Positions 26,135 through 35,555 of a stretch of DNA of 57,370 nucleotides are shown here, in pieces. Source of the stretch: an uncultured Bacilli bacterium (GTDB lineage Bacteria; Bacillota_I; Bacilli_A; RF39; UBA660); the NCBI GenBank assembly GCA_947588925.1, contig CANQAT010000001.1:1-57370 (forward strand). Reading direction: 5' to 3'. Both the position numbers and the translations under genes were made by a program. The notes beneath the pieces were generated by a model. It was not told where the DNA came from, searched no databases, and saw only the letters and a list, made by a program, of their open reading frames with translations. The stretch's first letter is position 1; each line of letters starts with the position of its first letter.

Positions 26135-28273
26135 ATGTTTGTTTTATCTATAAATACTTGGTTTCAAACATTAATGAGACAATTTTTCTTTAACATTGAT
26201 AAAATTGTATTTAATTTTATATCAACGTTATATGAATTTTTAACAACGATAGCAAGGACATCAATACTATCTCAGTCAGATATTCAACTAATTACTAATA
26301 GAATATATCAATTATTGGCTGTTTTTATGGTGTTTAAAGTTACTTTTTCTTTGATAATGTACGTAGTTAATCCTGATGACTTTTCTGATAAATCAAAAGG
26401 TGTTGGGAAGCTTGGACTTAATATAATGATTTCTTTAGGTGTTTTGATATTAACGCCATATATATTTAGTTATGCATATCGTTTTCAAACTATTATATTA
26501 GAAGATAATTCCTTAGCAACGTTGATAATGGGAGATACAGATGAGGATAAGGACGCTTTTAACACTGCAGGAGATAAGATGGCTTATATGACGTTAGCAC
26601 CGTTTTTTACACCTAATGTATCGATAGATAATTTGTACGAATGCGTGGAATTAACGGTTAAAACAACTACAGCTACAGGTACAGTTGTGAAATTTAATCC
26701 AGCCTGTTCTGGATTAAATGATAATTATGAACCAACTGACGATAGCGATTCGCTACAAAGTCTAGTTAACGATGAAAGATTTACAATGGAAGATTTAAAG
26801 ACTTATGTTGCGGGTGTGGAAAATAGCAATTTAGGTTTAATGTTTAGACAGGACATGGCAACCGCAATGGATGAAAATAAAAAAAATTATATCATAGATT
26901 ATAAGTACTTATTTAGTACAGCTATAGGGATTATTGTAATATTAATATTAATAAGTTTTTGCTTAGATGTAGCTGTTCGTAGTATTAAACTTGCGTTTTT
27001 ACAGCTTGTAGCTCCAATACCAATTATATCTTATGTAGATCCAAAAAGTGGTAAGGATGGTTTATTTAAAAAATGGTATCAGATGTGCTTTAAAACTTAC
27101 TTAAGTTTATTCATAAGACTTTTAGCTTTGTATTTTGCGGTTTTCATAATAAGCAAAATCGATAGAATGGTTGATATTGTAGACGGTTCTTATGTAACTA
27201 ATTTGTTTGTAAAAATATTTATTATAATTGGAGCTTTAATGTTTGCTAAACAATTACCAAAGATACTTGAAGGACTTGGAATTAAGCTAGATGGAGGCTT
27301 CCAATTAAATCCACTTAAGAAAATTGAAAATGAGGCTTTAGGTGGAAAACAGATAGCTAAGGCTGCGAGAGTTCCACTAAAATATGCAGGAAGAGGAGCT
27401 AAGGGATTAGTTGCCGGTGGATTGGCGGGTGCTGCTGCATTTGGAACTAATTTAATAGCAAGAAGGGGTAATGTATTTAGCGCAACTGCGGGTGCATTAA
27501 GTGCAACTGCTAGAGGTTTAAAAGGTGCCGTAAAAGGTGAAAAATTCGGTAAAAACTTTTCAAATTCGTATGGCGGCGCTATGAAGGCGAGAACTAATAG
27601 AGCCGATAGAAAGGATTTAGGAATAAATGCTTTTGATGTGGCAAGTGAAAATATTAAGAAGCGTTTATATATTCCTAACGAAGCGCAAAAAAATAAATTA
27701 ACTTTAGATCATTTAAATGAATATACATCTGCAGGTAAAACTGCAAAGACTAGGGCTGAAGGGGAAGTTGACAAGAAAGCAAGTATGATTGAAATTGATG
27801 GACAAAATTTAGGTGCTTTGAGAGATTCATATGAAATATTAAAAAATACACAAATAAAAAGAAGAACTGGAGAATCGGATGCTGCTTATCAAGCTAGAGT
27901 TGAACAACATGCACGTCTGGCTGCGGAAGCAAATGCAAAATATTTTAAAGCAAGAAAAAAAGCTGTAAATGCTTATGTTAATAGTGCTGATAATTTATCA
28001 CGATCTTCAATTTCTATTGGTGGTTCAACTATAACTGGATTTGATTCAGCATTCTCAGGGGATGCAGCAAGAGATGAAATTGTTGCATCAAACGTTGAAA
28101 AAATGAAACAGTTAAATTCAGATTACAGTATGCAGCAGCCAGTTAATTCTGAAGATATTGGTGCTACAATTCAAAATGCTGAAAATGAAACAGCTAGAAT
28201 TCAAGGAAGTAGAGAATACAGACAAGCAGAACTTATTTCTCAACAAGCACAAAAAGAAAAAAGTTCAAAATAA
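26135..28273 (+). CDS. VirB6/TrbL-like polytopic channel protein with a long basic Gly/Ala-rich and coiled-coil C-terminal tail
   Basis: Multiple TM helices. LDVAVRSIKLAFLQLVAPIPIISYV and WYQMCFKTYLSLFIRLLALYF resemble the TrbL/VirB6 core. The ~320-aa hydrophilic tail starts near residue 395. Confidence 0.6.
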   Translation: MFVLSINTWFQTLMRQFFFNIDKIVFNFISTLYEFLTTIARTSILSQSDIQLITNRIYQLLAVFMVFKVTFSLIMYVVNPDDFSDKSKGVGKLGLNIMISLGVLILTPYIFSYAYRFQTIILEDNSLATLIMGDTDEDKDAFNTAGDKMAYMTLAPFFTPNVSIDNLYECVELTVKTTTATGTVVKFNPACSGLNDNYEPTDDSDSLQSLVNDERFTMEDLKTYVAGVENSNLGLMFRQDMATAMDENKKNYIIDYKYLFSTAIGIIVILILISFCLDVAVRSIKLAFLQLVAPIPIISYVDPKSGKDGLFKKWYQMCFKTYLSLFIRLLALYFAVFIISKIDRMVDIVDGSYVTNLFVKIFIIIGALMFAKQLPKILEGLGIKLDGGFQLNPLKKIENEALGGKQIAKAARVPLKYAGRGAKGLVAGGLAGAAAFGTNLIARRGNVFSATAGALSATARGLKGAVKGEKFGKNFSNSYGGAMKARTNRADRKDLGINAFDVASENIKKRLYIPNEAQKNKLTLDHLNEYTSAGKTAKTRAEGEVDKKASMIEIDGQNLGALRDSYEILKNTQIKRRTGESDAAYQARVEQHARLAAEANAKYFKARKKAVNAYVNSADNLSRSSISIGGSTITGFDSAFSGDAARDEIVASNVEKMKQLNSDYSMQQPVNSEDIGATIQNAENETARIQGSREYRQAELISQQAQKEKSSK

Positions 28274-28290
28274 AAAGGGTGTGATACTAA

Positions 28291-28611
28291 ATGAACAATT
28301 CATATTTAATACCTGCAAATTCAAAGAAAAGTTTGCTTAAATTTGGAGCGTTTAATACGGTAGATTTAATAATATTTATATGTGGAATAGGAATATCATT
28401 CTTGCTGATGATGTTCCTTCCAATGAATAATTTCTGGGTTGCGGTAACTGCAATTATGCCGGGAATGATATGTGGTTTTCTGGTTATTCCGGTTCCTAAT
28501 TATCACAATGTTCGTACCGTAATAATGAATGCTTGGAATTTTTATACAACAAGGCAAAAATATATATGGAAGGGTTGGTGCTTTAACGATGGCGAAACAG
28601 ACAAAAAGTAG
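28291..28611 (+). CDS. PrgI/VirB3-like small two-TM protein
   Basis: 106 aa with two TM helices, immediately upstream of and overlapping VirB4. This arrangement is typical of Gram-positive T4SS loci. Confidence 0.6.
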   Translation: MNNSYLIPANSKKSLLKFGAFNTVDLIIFICGIGISFLLMMFLPMNNFWVAVTAIMPGMICGFLVIPVPNYHNVRTVIMNAWNFYTTRQKYIWKGWCFNDGETDKK

Positions 28612-29128
28612 ATATACTGATGTTCCTGTTAAGGACATCGCAAACGGTGTTATTGTTCTTGATAACAATCAAAAGGTTACTGGCGTAAAAATTATGCCAA
28701 GAAATATTTTCATACTAGATCAAGCTATGCAAGATGCAATAATTACTAATTTAAAAAATGTTTATAATGCTATTGATTATGAATTTTGGATTGTGGTTGC
28801 AGATAGACCTGTAGATATAAATGTTTACTTGTCTAATCTACAACTACAATATAATCAGTTAACTGATACTAAGAAAAGAAAATTAATTATGGAAGATATT
28901 AACAAGGCTAATATGTTTATGAAAAATAATGTTGTTGACACAGAGTATTTCTTGTTATTTAAAGAAAAGGATAATGATTTAATACAAAAAAGAATTCGTA
29001 ATTTGATTAACAACCTTGCTAGTGCAGGACTTACTGCATTTCAAACTAATAATGACGATTTAAGAATGATACTTGATAATTTCTTAAATGGTGGACAAAC
29101 TACTACTTTTGGGACGGTGTTAGCATGA
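28589..29128 (+). CDS. VirB4-type ATPase, N-terminal fragment encoded as a separate ORF
   Basis: IANGVIVLDNNQKVTGVKIMPRNIFILDQ resembles the N-terminal region of Firmicute VirB4/TcpF/PrgJ proteins. Ends in an ATGA overlap with the next ORF. Confidence 0.6.
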   Translation: MAKQTKSRYTDVPVKDIANGVIVLDNNQKVTGVKIMPRNIFILDQAMQDAIITNLKNVYNAIDYEFWIVVADRPVDINVYLSNLQLQYNQLTDTKKRKLIMEDINKANMFMKNNVVDTEYFLLFKEKDNDLIQKRIRNLINNLASAGLTAFQTNNDDLRMILDNFLNGGQTTTFGTVLA

Positions 29129-30912
29129 TGGATATTAGAAGTCAAATTGCTCCAAAAGGGCTAGAATTTAAATCAAACGAATTCATTATTAGTGATAAAT
29201 ATGCATGTATATTAACTATAATATCTTATCCTAAATTTATTTATCCAGGATACTTAAGTAGTTTAACAAGCATGTCAGGAATAAAGGTTGTAATTAAACA
29301 TATTCCACTTCCATTTAGTAGTATTAGTAAAATGTTAAATAAAGAACTTGCCGATTTAAGACAAAGATATCAGGATGAAAAAGATAATACAATAAAAGAG
29401 AGAATAAGACAAGATTATGAATCTTTAGAGTTGTTTATTAGCGATCTTGCCTCAAGTCAATCTAAGATATACGATTTTCAAATGCATGTTATGATAACTG
29501 CTGATACACAAGAAGAATTAGACGCTAAAAAAGTACAGGTTAAAAATTATTTAGAGGCAATGGAAATGAGAGCTATTCCTTTACGTTTCGAACAGGACAA
29601 AGTTCTTAAATCTATTTTGCCAATATATGGTAAACAGGATATCGAAGATAGAATTGGAACACCAATACCAGCACCTACGATAGCTGCAATGTATCCATTT
29701 ATATTTGATAGTATAAAAGATCCTGGATTATCCACTTTGCTTGGAATTGATTTTTCTGGAGGAGTTATCCTATTTAACCAATTCTTATATCAAATAAAGA
29801 AGGAGCACAACCGTAATAATGCTAATATGATTATTTTAGGAACATCCGGAAGTGGTAAATCTACCGCTGCTAAATTACTTTTAAGAAGTCATATTAGAAA
29901 CAACAATCAAATAGTAGTAATTGATCCAGAGGGCGAACTTGAAGACATGACAAGGACATTTGATGGAGATTTCATAAGCCTTGGTAAGGGTGGATCATAC
30001 GGTATGATAAATCCTCTTGAAGTAATTATGGACGCAGATGAAGACGAGATGAAACAAGGATTAGGATATACTGTATTTACTAGAACACTTCAAACTATTA
30101 AAGCATTCTTAAAATATTATGATCCAAGTATCACTGAGGATGTAGTTAATATGTTTAGTGAAGTAGTACAAGAAACATATAAAAGATTTGGTATAGATTT
30201 TGAATCAGATTTTACTAAGTATAAGTCTGAAGATTATCCAACATTTAAAGATGTATACGCAACTATACGTGGAAGAATTCTTTCTATGCCAGAAAAGACT
30301 CAAGAAAAAGATGTTTTAGAAAAACTTGAAATAAAAATAAGACCAATTGTTAACGAGTTAAAATATTATTTTGATGGGCATACAACGATAAAGCCTAGAA
30401 GTAATTTTATAGTATTTAATATAAAAGAACTTATGAATGCGGACGCAAACATAAGAAATGCATTATTCTTCAATATACTTAAGTATGCATGGGGACTTAC
30501 ACTTGATAGTTCAGTAAATACTGTAATGATGGTAGATGAAGCGCATGTTCTTCTAAGTGGAGGAAATACACTTGGCGCAGATTTCTTAGCTCAAATCCAA
30601 AGAAGAGCTCGTAAATACAATACAGGTACAATAATAATCACACAACAACCAACAGATTTTAGTGATCCTAGTGTTATTACACAAGGTAAGGCAATATTTG
30701 ATAATGCTTCTTATTACTTAGTAATGGGATTAAAGAAACAAGCTGTTGATGATTTAGCAAAATTAATAGATTTAAATGACAATGAAAAAGAAAGTATAAA
30801 ACAATATTCTCAAGGAGAAGCCTTATTCGTATGTGGATCTAGGCGTATGAGAATAAATGTAATAGTATCAGATGAAGAGCTAGATTCATTTGGTAGTGGT
30901 GGAGGATTATAG
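29125..30912 (+). CDS. VirB4-type ATPase, C-terminal (motor) part
   Basis: Walker A GTSGSGKST and Walker B VMMVDEAH. 595 aa. Confidence 0.85.
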   Translation: MMDIRSQIAPKGLEFKSNEFIISDKYACILTIISYPKFIYPGYLSSLTSMSGIKVVIKHIPLPFSSISKMLNKELADLRQRYQDEKDNTIKERIRQDYESLELFISDLASSQSKIYDFQMHVMITADTQEELDAKKVQVKNYLEAMEMRAIPLRFEQDKVLKSILPIYGKQDIEDRIGTPIPAPTIAAMYPFIFDSIKDPGLSTLLGIDFSGGVILFNQFLYQIKKEHNRNNANMIILGTSGSGKSTAAKLLLRSHIRNNNQIVVIDPEGELEDMTRTFDGDFISLGKGGSYGMINPLEVIMDADEDEMKQGLGYTVFTRTLQTIKAFLKYYDPSITEDVVNMFSEVVQETYKRFGIDFESDFTKYKSEDYPTFKDVYATIRGRILSMPEKTQEKDVLEKLEIKIRPIVNELKYYFDGHTTIKPRSNFIVFNIKELMNADANIRNALFFNILKYAWGLTLDSSVNTVMMVDEAHVLLSGGNTLGADFLAQIQRRARKYNTGTIIITQQPTDFSDPSVITQGKAIFDNASYYLVMGLKKQAVDDLAKLIDLNDNEKESIKQYSQGEALFVCGSRRMRINVIVSDEELDSFGSGGGL

Positions 30913-30929
30913 AATAGGAGGTGTTATTA

Positions 30930-32930
30930 GTGAATCAAACAGAAAATATAGAAAGTCCAGCAAACAAATTTGGTACTAATTCTAGTAATTCAGCCGATAA
31001 GTTAAGGAAGATTGCTGAAACTTCTGGAATAAATAATTATAATAGTTTGCACGATAATAATAAGTTAGAAGAAAAATTAAAAGGATTAAAAAATCAAAAA
31101 TATCCTAATGTTCCTCATTATGATTCAACTAATAACACACCCTCTATAAATAATTCACAAAGCAATAACAAAATTAGGAAATCAACTACTTTTAATCCAA
31201 ACCCAAGCGGGAAAAATAATAGTAATATGGCTCAAAAGCTTGCCTCTAAGGGTTTAAACAAAGCGGGAGTTCCAAAACCTATTGCGAGTGAAGTGGCAAA
31301 GAATGGGCTTTCCAATGCTAAATTTGGGAATCCAATGTTAAATGCTTTTAGCTCATTATTAGGAAATAAAAAAGATGAACTTGAGGAACAATCACTTAAT
31401 GTAGGCGTTACAGCTGAATTAAAAAAGCATTTAAAACTTGCAGTTATTATTCTTACAGTAGCGTTTCCAACAATATTTGTTTGTCTTTTTACAGTAGCTT
31501 CTCAAGTTTATTATAAATCATATAATTTAGGATTATCTGACGCACTTCTTAGCGATGAGGACGCTTCTGATAAAATAAATAAGAAGATTGATGATGGAGA
31601 TATTGATAGCGAGGTTACTGATGAAGATGCAAGTGATGTTGAAGCATATAATTACTCTAGTAATTCAATTTTAGCTTTCAATTATGATAAAAGTCTTTTT
31701 AGGTATAATAAGTTAGCTTCTTCTAATTTAGTTTTAGCTAAGACTTCAACATATTTAGATAGAAAATATAATGAAGCTAGCTTAGATGATTTAGAAGATT
31801 TTTTCCCTGATATTGGAAACTATGCAGATGAATATGGGGAAAATTTAGTTTATGATTTCTTCTTTAAAATGTATAATATATATAACTTTTATAAGAGTGA
31901 ATATAATGGCGTTGAACTAGATTTGCCACTATTAATGTCAACACTTCTTGTACAATCTGAAGATATGGGAGAGGTATTTAGATCAAATTTAAGTGAAGAA
32001 GATACAAAAGTAAGTGGTTGGAAAATGCCTGTTCAAGATTATTCTTATGATAAAGATTGGAGTAATCAAAAGTTAAGTCCAACAGACAGTACACATGATA
32101 TGGAAATTTTGGCTCAGCACATGATTTCAAAAAAAGTTAATGAGTATTGTGTAAATTCATATGGTGAGGTTACAAAGTCTAATATACTAAAAGATAGCGC
32201 AATTGGGACTCAAAGTTTAACATGTGAAAATGGTGAGACTTACGAGGTATCTGATCCATATTATGAACGTGATTTAGACAAATATGATGAATTTTTAAAG
32301 GAATTTATAGAGAAAAAATATTTTATAGATGAAAGTGTTGATGAACCCCAAAAACCAGATGATGGCGATGGTGGGGATGAAAAACCTGATGAAAATCCTG
32401 GAGTAGTTCCACCCACACCAAGTACTGGTGTATGGAGAAACTGGAAACAGTGTGGACAATCTTGGAGTAAAGATATTGTTCCAAAAAGTAATTCAACTAT
32501 GTGTAGTATAGGTTGTCTTATTACATCTGTTACTATTCAAATAGCTAGGAGTGGGACTGCTACAGTAGTTACTCCAATAGATCCAGGCGTTGCTTTAAAA
32601 AAATATAGTTTTGCTAGTGGTGGGAACTTTGTGTGGTCAAGTACTACAAAGTTAGCTCCTAATTTTCAATATAGGACATCTATTAATTTGTCTGGAATGA
32701 CAAGAGAAGGTATAGCAAAAAAACTATCTAGTTATGATCCATCAAAATATTATATAGTATTAGCTGTTTCAAAATTAGATAGGAATAAGGTACACCACTA
32801 TGTAGCTTTTGATTACGTAGATTTATCTGATAATGAAATATATATGATAGATCCTGGATTAAATAATAATCCAAAGTTATATTCAGTTTATAAAGTTTAT
32901 AAAGCGTATATCTATATGAAAAAGGATTAG
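30930..32930 (+). CDS. Membrane protein with an Asn/Ser-rich cytoplasmic N terminus, one TM helix, an extracellular region, an acidic Pro/Gly linker and a C-terminal papain-fold (C39/CHAP-like) cysteine peptidase candidate
   Basis: GTG 30930 lies 8 nt after AGGAGG. Candidate catalytic Cys is in NSTMCSIGCLITS, His in VHHYVAFDY and Asp in YMIDPG. Confidence 0.5.
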   Translation: MNQTENIESPANKFGTNSSNSADKLRKIAETSGINNYNSLHDNNKLEEKLKGLKNQKYPNVPHYDSTNNTPSINNSQSNNKIRKSTTFNPNPSGKNNSNMAQKLASKGLNKAGVPKPIASEVAKNGLSNAKFGNPMLNAFSSLLGNKKDELEEQSLNVGVTAELKKHLKLAVIILTVAFPTIFVCLFTVASQVYYKSYNLGLSDALLSDEDASDKINKKIDDGDIDSEVTDEDASDVEAYNYSSNSILAFNYDKSLFRYNKLASSNLVLAKTSTYLDRKYNEASLDDLEDFFPDIGNYADEYGENLVYDFFFKMYNIYNFYKSEYNGVELDLPLLMSTLLVQSEDMGEVFRSNLSEEDTKVSGWKMPVQDYSYDKDWSNQKLSPTDSTHDMEILAQHMISKKVNEYCVNSYGEVTKSNILKDSAIGTQSLTCENGETYEVSDPYYERDLDKYDEFLKEFIEKKYFIDESVDEPQKPDDGDGGDEKPDENPGVVPPTPSTGVWRNWKQCGQSWSKDIVPKSNSTMCSIGCLITSVTIQIARSGTATVVTPIDPGVALKKYSFASGGNFVWSSTTKLAPNFQYRTSINLSGMTREGIAKKLSSYDPSKYYIVLAVSKLDRNKVHHYVAFDYVDLSDNEIYMIDPGLNNNPKLYSVYKVYKAYIYMKKD

Positions 32931-32937
32931 TGATAAA

Positions 32938-33585
32938 ATGAAGAAATTAGTATTGTTTACTTTTATAGTTCTACTTTTATCTGGATGTACTGCTAATTAT
33001 GAAATTAACTTAAAGGATGATAAAGTAGAGGAAAAACTAACGATTATAGAGACTAATAAAAGCATATTTGATAAAGAACTTGATACAGGGTGGACAATAA
33101 GACAAAGTTTTGAATCAATGCTTGAAGGCGATGAATTTGGTGAGGAGAATTATAATGTTAAATCACTTATTACAGATGATCAACTTGGAATTGAATATAC
33201 ATCCAAATCAGCTCTTTCAATACTAAATTCATCTATTGTAAATCAGTGTTATAGAAACCCAAGTGTATCTATTAGTAATAATATTATATCAATTGATACT
33301 GGTTCTAATTTTGAGTGTTACGACTTTTATGAAAACTTAGAAAGTGTTAGAGTTGTGTTTAAAACAAACCATAAGGTTATTTCAACAAATAGTGATTCTA
33401 AAGAAGGTAATTCTTATATTTGGAATATAACAAAAGATGGAAATAAAACTATTCAAATAACTTATGATGACTCTATAACAAAAAAAAGTATAATACCTTA
33501 TATAATAATAGGTATAGTAGCGGTTGTTATAATAATTTCAGGATGTTTTGTACTTAAAAAAGTAAAAAATAAAAATAGTTTTTAA
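32938..33585 (+). CDS. Lipoprotein with an additional C-terminal TM anchor
   Basis: Lipobox LLLSGC at residues 12-17. C-terminal IPYIIIGIVAVVIIISGCFVL. Confidence 0.6.
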   Translation: MKKLVLFTFIVLLLSGCTANYEINLKDDKVEEKLTIIETNKSIFDKELDTGWTIRQSFESMLEGDEFGEENYNVKSLITDDQLGIEYTSKSALSILNSSIVNQCYRNPSVSISNNIISIDTGSNFECYDFYENLESVRVVFKTNHKVISTNSDSKEGNSYIWNITKDGNKTIQITYDDSITKKSIIPYIIIGIVAVVIIISGCFVLKKVKNKNSF

Positions 33586-33602
33586 ATTTTGGAGGTGAGA
33601 TA

Positions 33603-35033
33603 ATGTTAAAAAAGATTTTATTACTTATAATGGTGTTTTCAACATTATTTTGCCTTAATTTTAATATTGTTTTTGCATATGAATTTATTAATCCTGATAA
33701 TGAGGGATTAGTATATGATAAAATAAATGAAATATATGACGCAAAAGATCAATATGAAGATTTAGCAGGTGATTATGAGGAAGTTACTGTAATAAATGCA
33801 AATAACTTTGCATATTGGTGGCCTGTTGGAAGTGAAGAAACTTTTGAAAAAAATGGGAAATTGTATGCAACTGGAGATCCTATGTCAACTACAGTAACAT
33901 CTACATTTGGTGGAAGAGATGACCCACATGGATCAGGTGCTTCAGATACACATTATGGACTTGATATCGGTAATGGAGGACATAGTGCAGGAGAAGTAAA
34001 TGTTATCGCTACTAAATCAGGAGAGGTAGTATATCCAATAAACCCTTCACAAACATCTTATCAAGATACCTCTAATAGATATGATGGTGGTGGGTACGGT
34101 AATTATGTTAAAATTAAACATAGTGATGGTACTTATACACTCTATGGACATTTAGCTCAAAACAGTATAAGAGTTTTTGCAGGTGAAGTAGTAGAGCAAG
34201 GACAAGTTATAGGTAAAATGGGAACTAGTGGAAACTCGACTGGTGTTCATTTACATTTTGAAATAAGAGTGGGTGCGGATTCTAGCAGGAATGCTGTTGA
34301 TCCAACAAAATATGTAGATAGTGAAAATCCAAGACCTTTAATTTCAGATGGTAGTAATTTTTCAATAAATACAACTACTTTATCTAAAGACGAGTTCGTT
34401 TCAAAAATGAATGATTATTGTGATAGATCAGGTAAAAAAGGTTTCTGTAGTACATTTAAAGAAAATGCAGAAGAGATATATGATGTATCAGTTGCTAATA
34501 ACATTAATCCAGAATTAGTAGTTGTAACAGCAGGAGCAGAGCAAAATTGGTCTTTGAGTTCTGCTTGTAGTTATACCAATAATTATTGGGGAATTGGAAT
34601 AAATAATGGAGAAGGGTGTAACTCAGGAGGAAAGTATTCTTCTCTTAAAGAAGGTATAATAGCTTATTCTAATTTATTATCCGAATATGGAGTAGGTGGT
34701 AAATACGAGGGAGCTATTACTAGCAGATATAATGAAAGAGAAAGTGCTGGATGTGGAATTGAAGGACATGGACTTCCGGGTTCATTAACTGGTATGCAGT
34801 CTATGTATTCTTGGTTAGGAAATTATAGATATAATCCGGGTAACTGGGGACTAGGCGGTTGTTCATATTTGAATGTCATGTATGGAGATTCTTATTGTTC
34901 TACTAAAGTAACTTGTGATGATTACGATAACTGTCCTCAAGAATCTAAGACTACAGTTTGTGAGCAAAATGATTATACAGCTTGGCAAGTACAAACTAAG
35001 TTACAAATTAGATATGATATTTTTGGACTATAG
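33603..35033 (+). CDS. Secreted bifunctional peptidoglycan hydrolase candidate: M23 (LytM) metallopeptidase plus a lysozyme/glucosaminidase-like C-terminal domain
   Basis: M23 motifs HYGLDIG and GVHLHFEI. C-terminal AGAEQNWS ... NNYWGIGI resembles a GH73-type catalytic region. Confidence 0.7.
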   Translation: MLKKILLLIMVFSTLFCLNFNIVFAYEFINPDNEGLVYDKINEIYDAKDQYEDLAGDYEEVTVINANNFAYWWPVGSEETFEKNGKLYATGDPMSTTVTSTFGGRDDPHGSGASDTHYGLDIGNGGHSAGEVNVIATKSGEVVYPINPSQTSYQDTSNRYDGGGYGNYVKIKHSDGTYTLYGHLAQNSIRVFAGEVVEQGQVIGKMGTSGNSTGVHLHFEIRVGADSSRNAVDPTKYVDSENPRPLISDGSNFSINTTTLSKDEFVSKMNDYCDRSGKKGFCSTFKENAEEIYDVSVANNINPELVVVTAGAEQNWSLSSACSYTNNYWGIGINNGEGCNSGGKYSSLKEGIIAYSNLLSEYGVGGKYEGAITSRYNERESAGCGIEGHGLPGSLTGMQSMYSWLGNYRYNPGNWGLGGCSYLNVMYGDSYCSTKVTCDDYDNCPQESKTTVCEQNDYTAWQVQTKLQIRYDIFGL

Positions 35034-35041
35034 GTGGTATT

Positions 35042-35551
35042 ATGGACAAAGAAAAAAGGAATAAAATAATAGCTATAATAATACTAGTAATTGCTATAAT
35101 TGTTGTAATAGTATTAAATATTATATATGGAAATAAATCTAAAGAAGAAGTTATAGATACTAAAACTATTAGTATAGTTAAGGATAATGATGATTTTTTC
35201 ACTGTATCATCTTGTGTTTCTAAATATTTAAACTATTTATCAATTAATGATACAGAAAGTTTACTAACACTTTTAAGTAAAAATTATAAAGAAGAAAACA
35301 ACATTACTTCAAATAATATTTATTCATATATAAAAGATGTATACTCAAATCCTAACTTTTCTCCAAATAAAATGTATGTTCAAAGACTAGGTAAGACTAT
35401 ATATAAATATTATGTTTATGGTACTATAGAGCAAGAAGTTATAAATGAAATAAGTGAAGGTATAGATTATTATATAATTGTCATATTAGATGAATCAAAT
35501 ACGACATTTGCTATAGAACCATATAATGGAGAAATATTTATGAGGAGATGA
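35042..35551 (+). CDS. N-terminally anchored small protein; VirB8/TcpC-like (NTF2-fold) candidate
   Basis: Single TM helix plus a ~130-aa domain with a helix-then-strands pattern. The call rests on position in the T4SS module only. Confidence 0.3.
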   Translation: MDKEKRNKIIAIIILVIAIIVVIVLNIIYGNKSKEEVIDTKTISIVKDNDDFFTVSSCVSKYLNYLSINDTESLLTLLSKNYKEENNITSNNIYSYIKDVYSNPNFSPNKMYVQRLGKTIYKYYVYGTIEQEVINEISEGIDYYIIVILDESNTTFAIEPYNGEIFMRR

Positions 35552-35555
35552 TATA

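Noticed and set aside
29100-29150. The VirB4 split explained by TGA read as tryptophan (alternative genetic code).
   Set aside because: Reading through the TGA in frame reaches TAG after 13 codons and does not join the downstream frame. TGA also clearly terminates yabP at 46805..46807. The standard bacterial code fits the whole window.
672-35033. A prophage interpretation, prompted by the LysM amidase (681..1880) and the M23/lysozyme-like hydrolase (33603..35033).
   Set aside because: The window has no terminase, portal, capsid, tail or holin genes. The hydrolases fit cell-wall turnover and T4SS wall penetration respectively.
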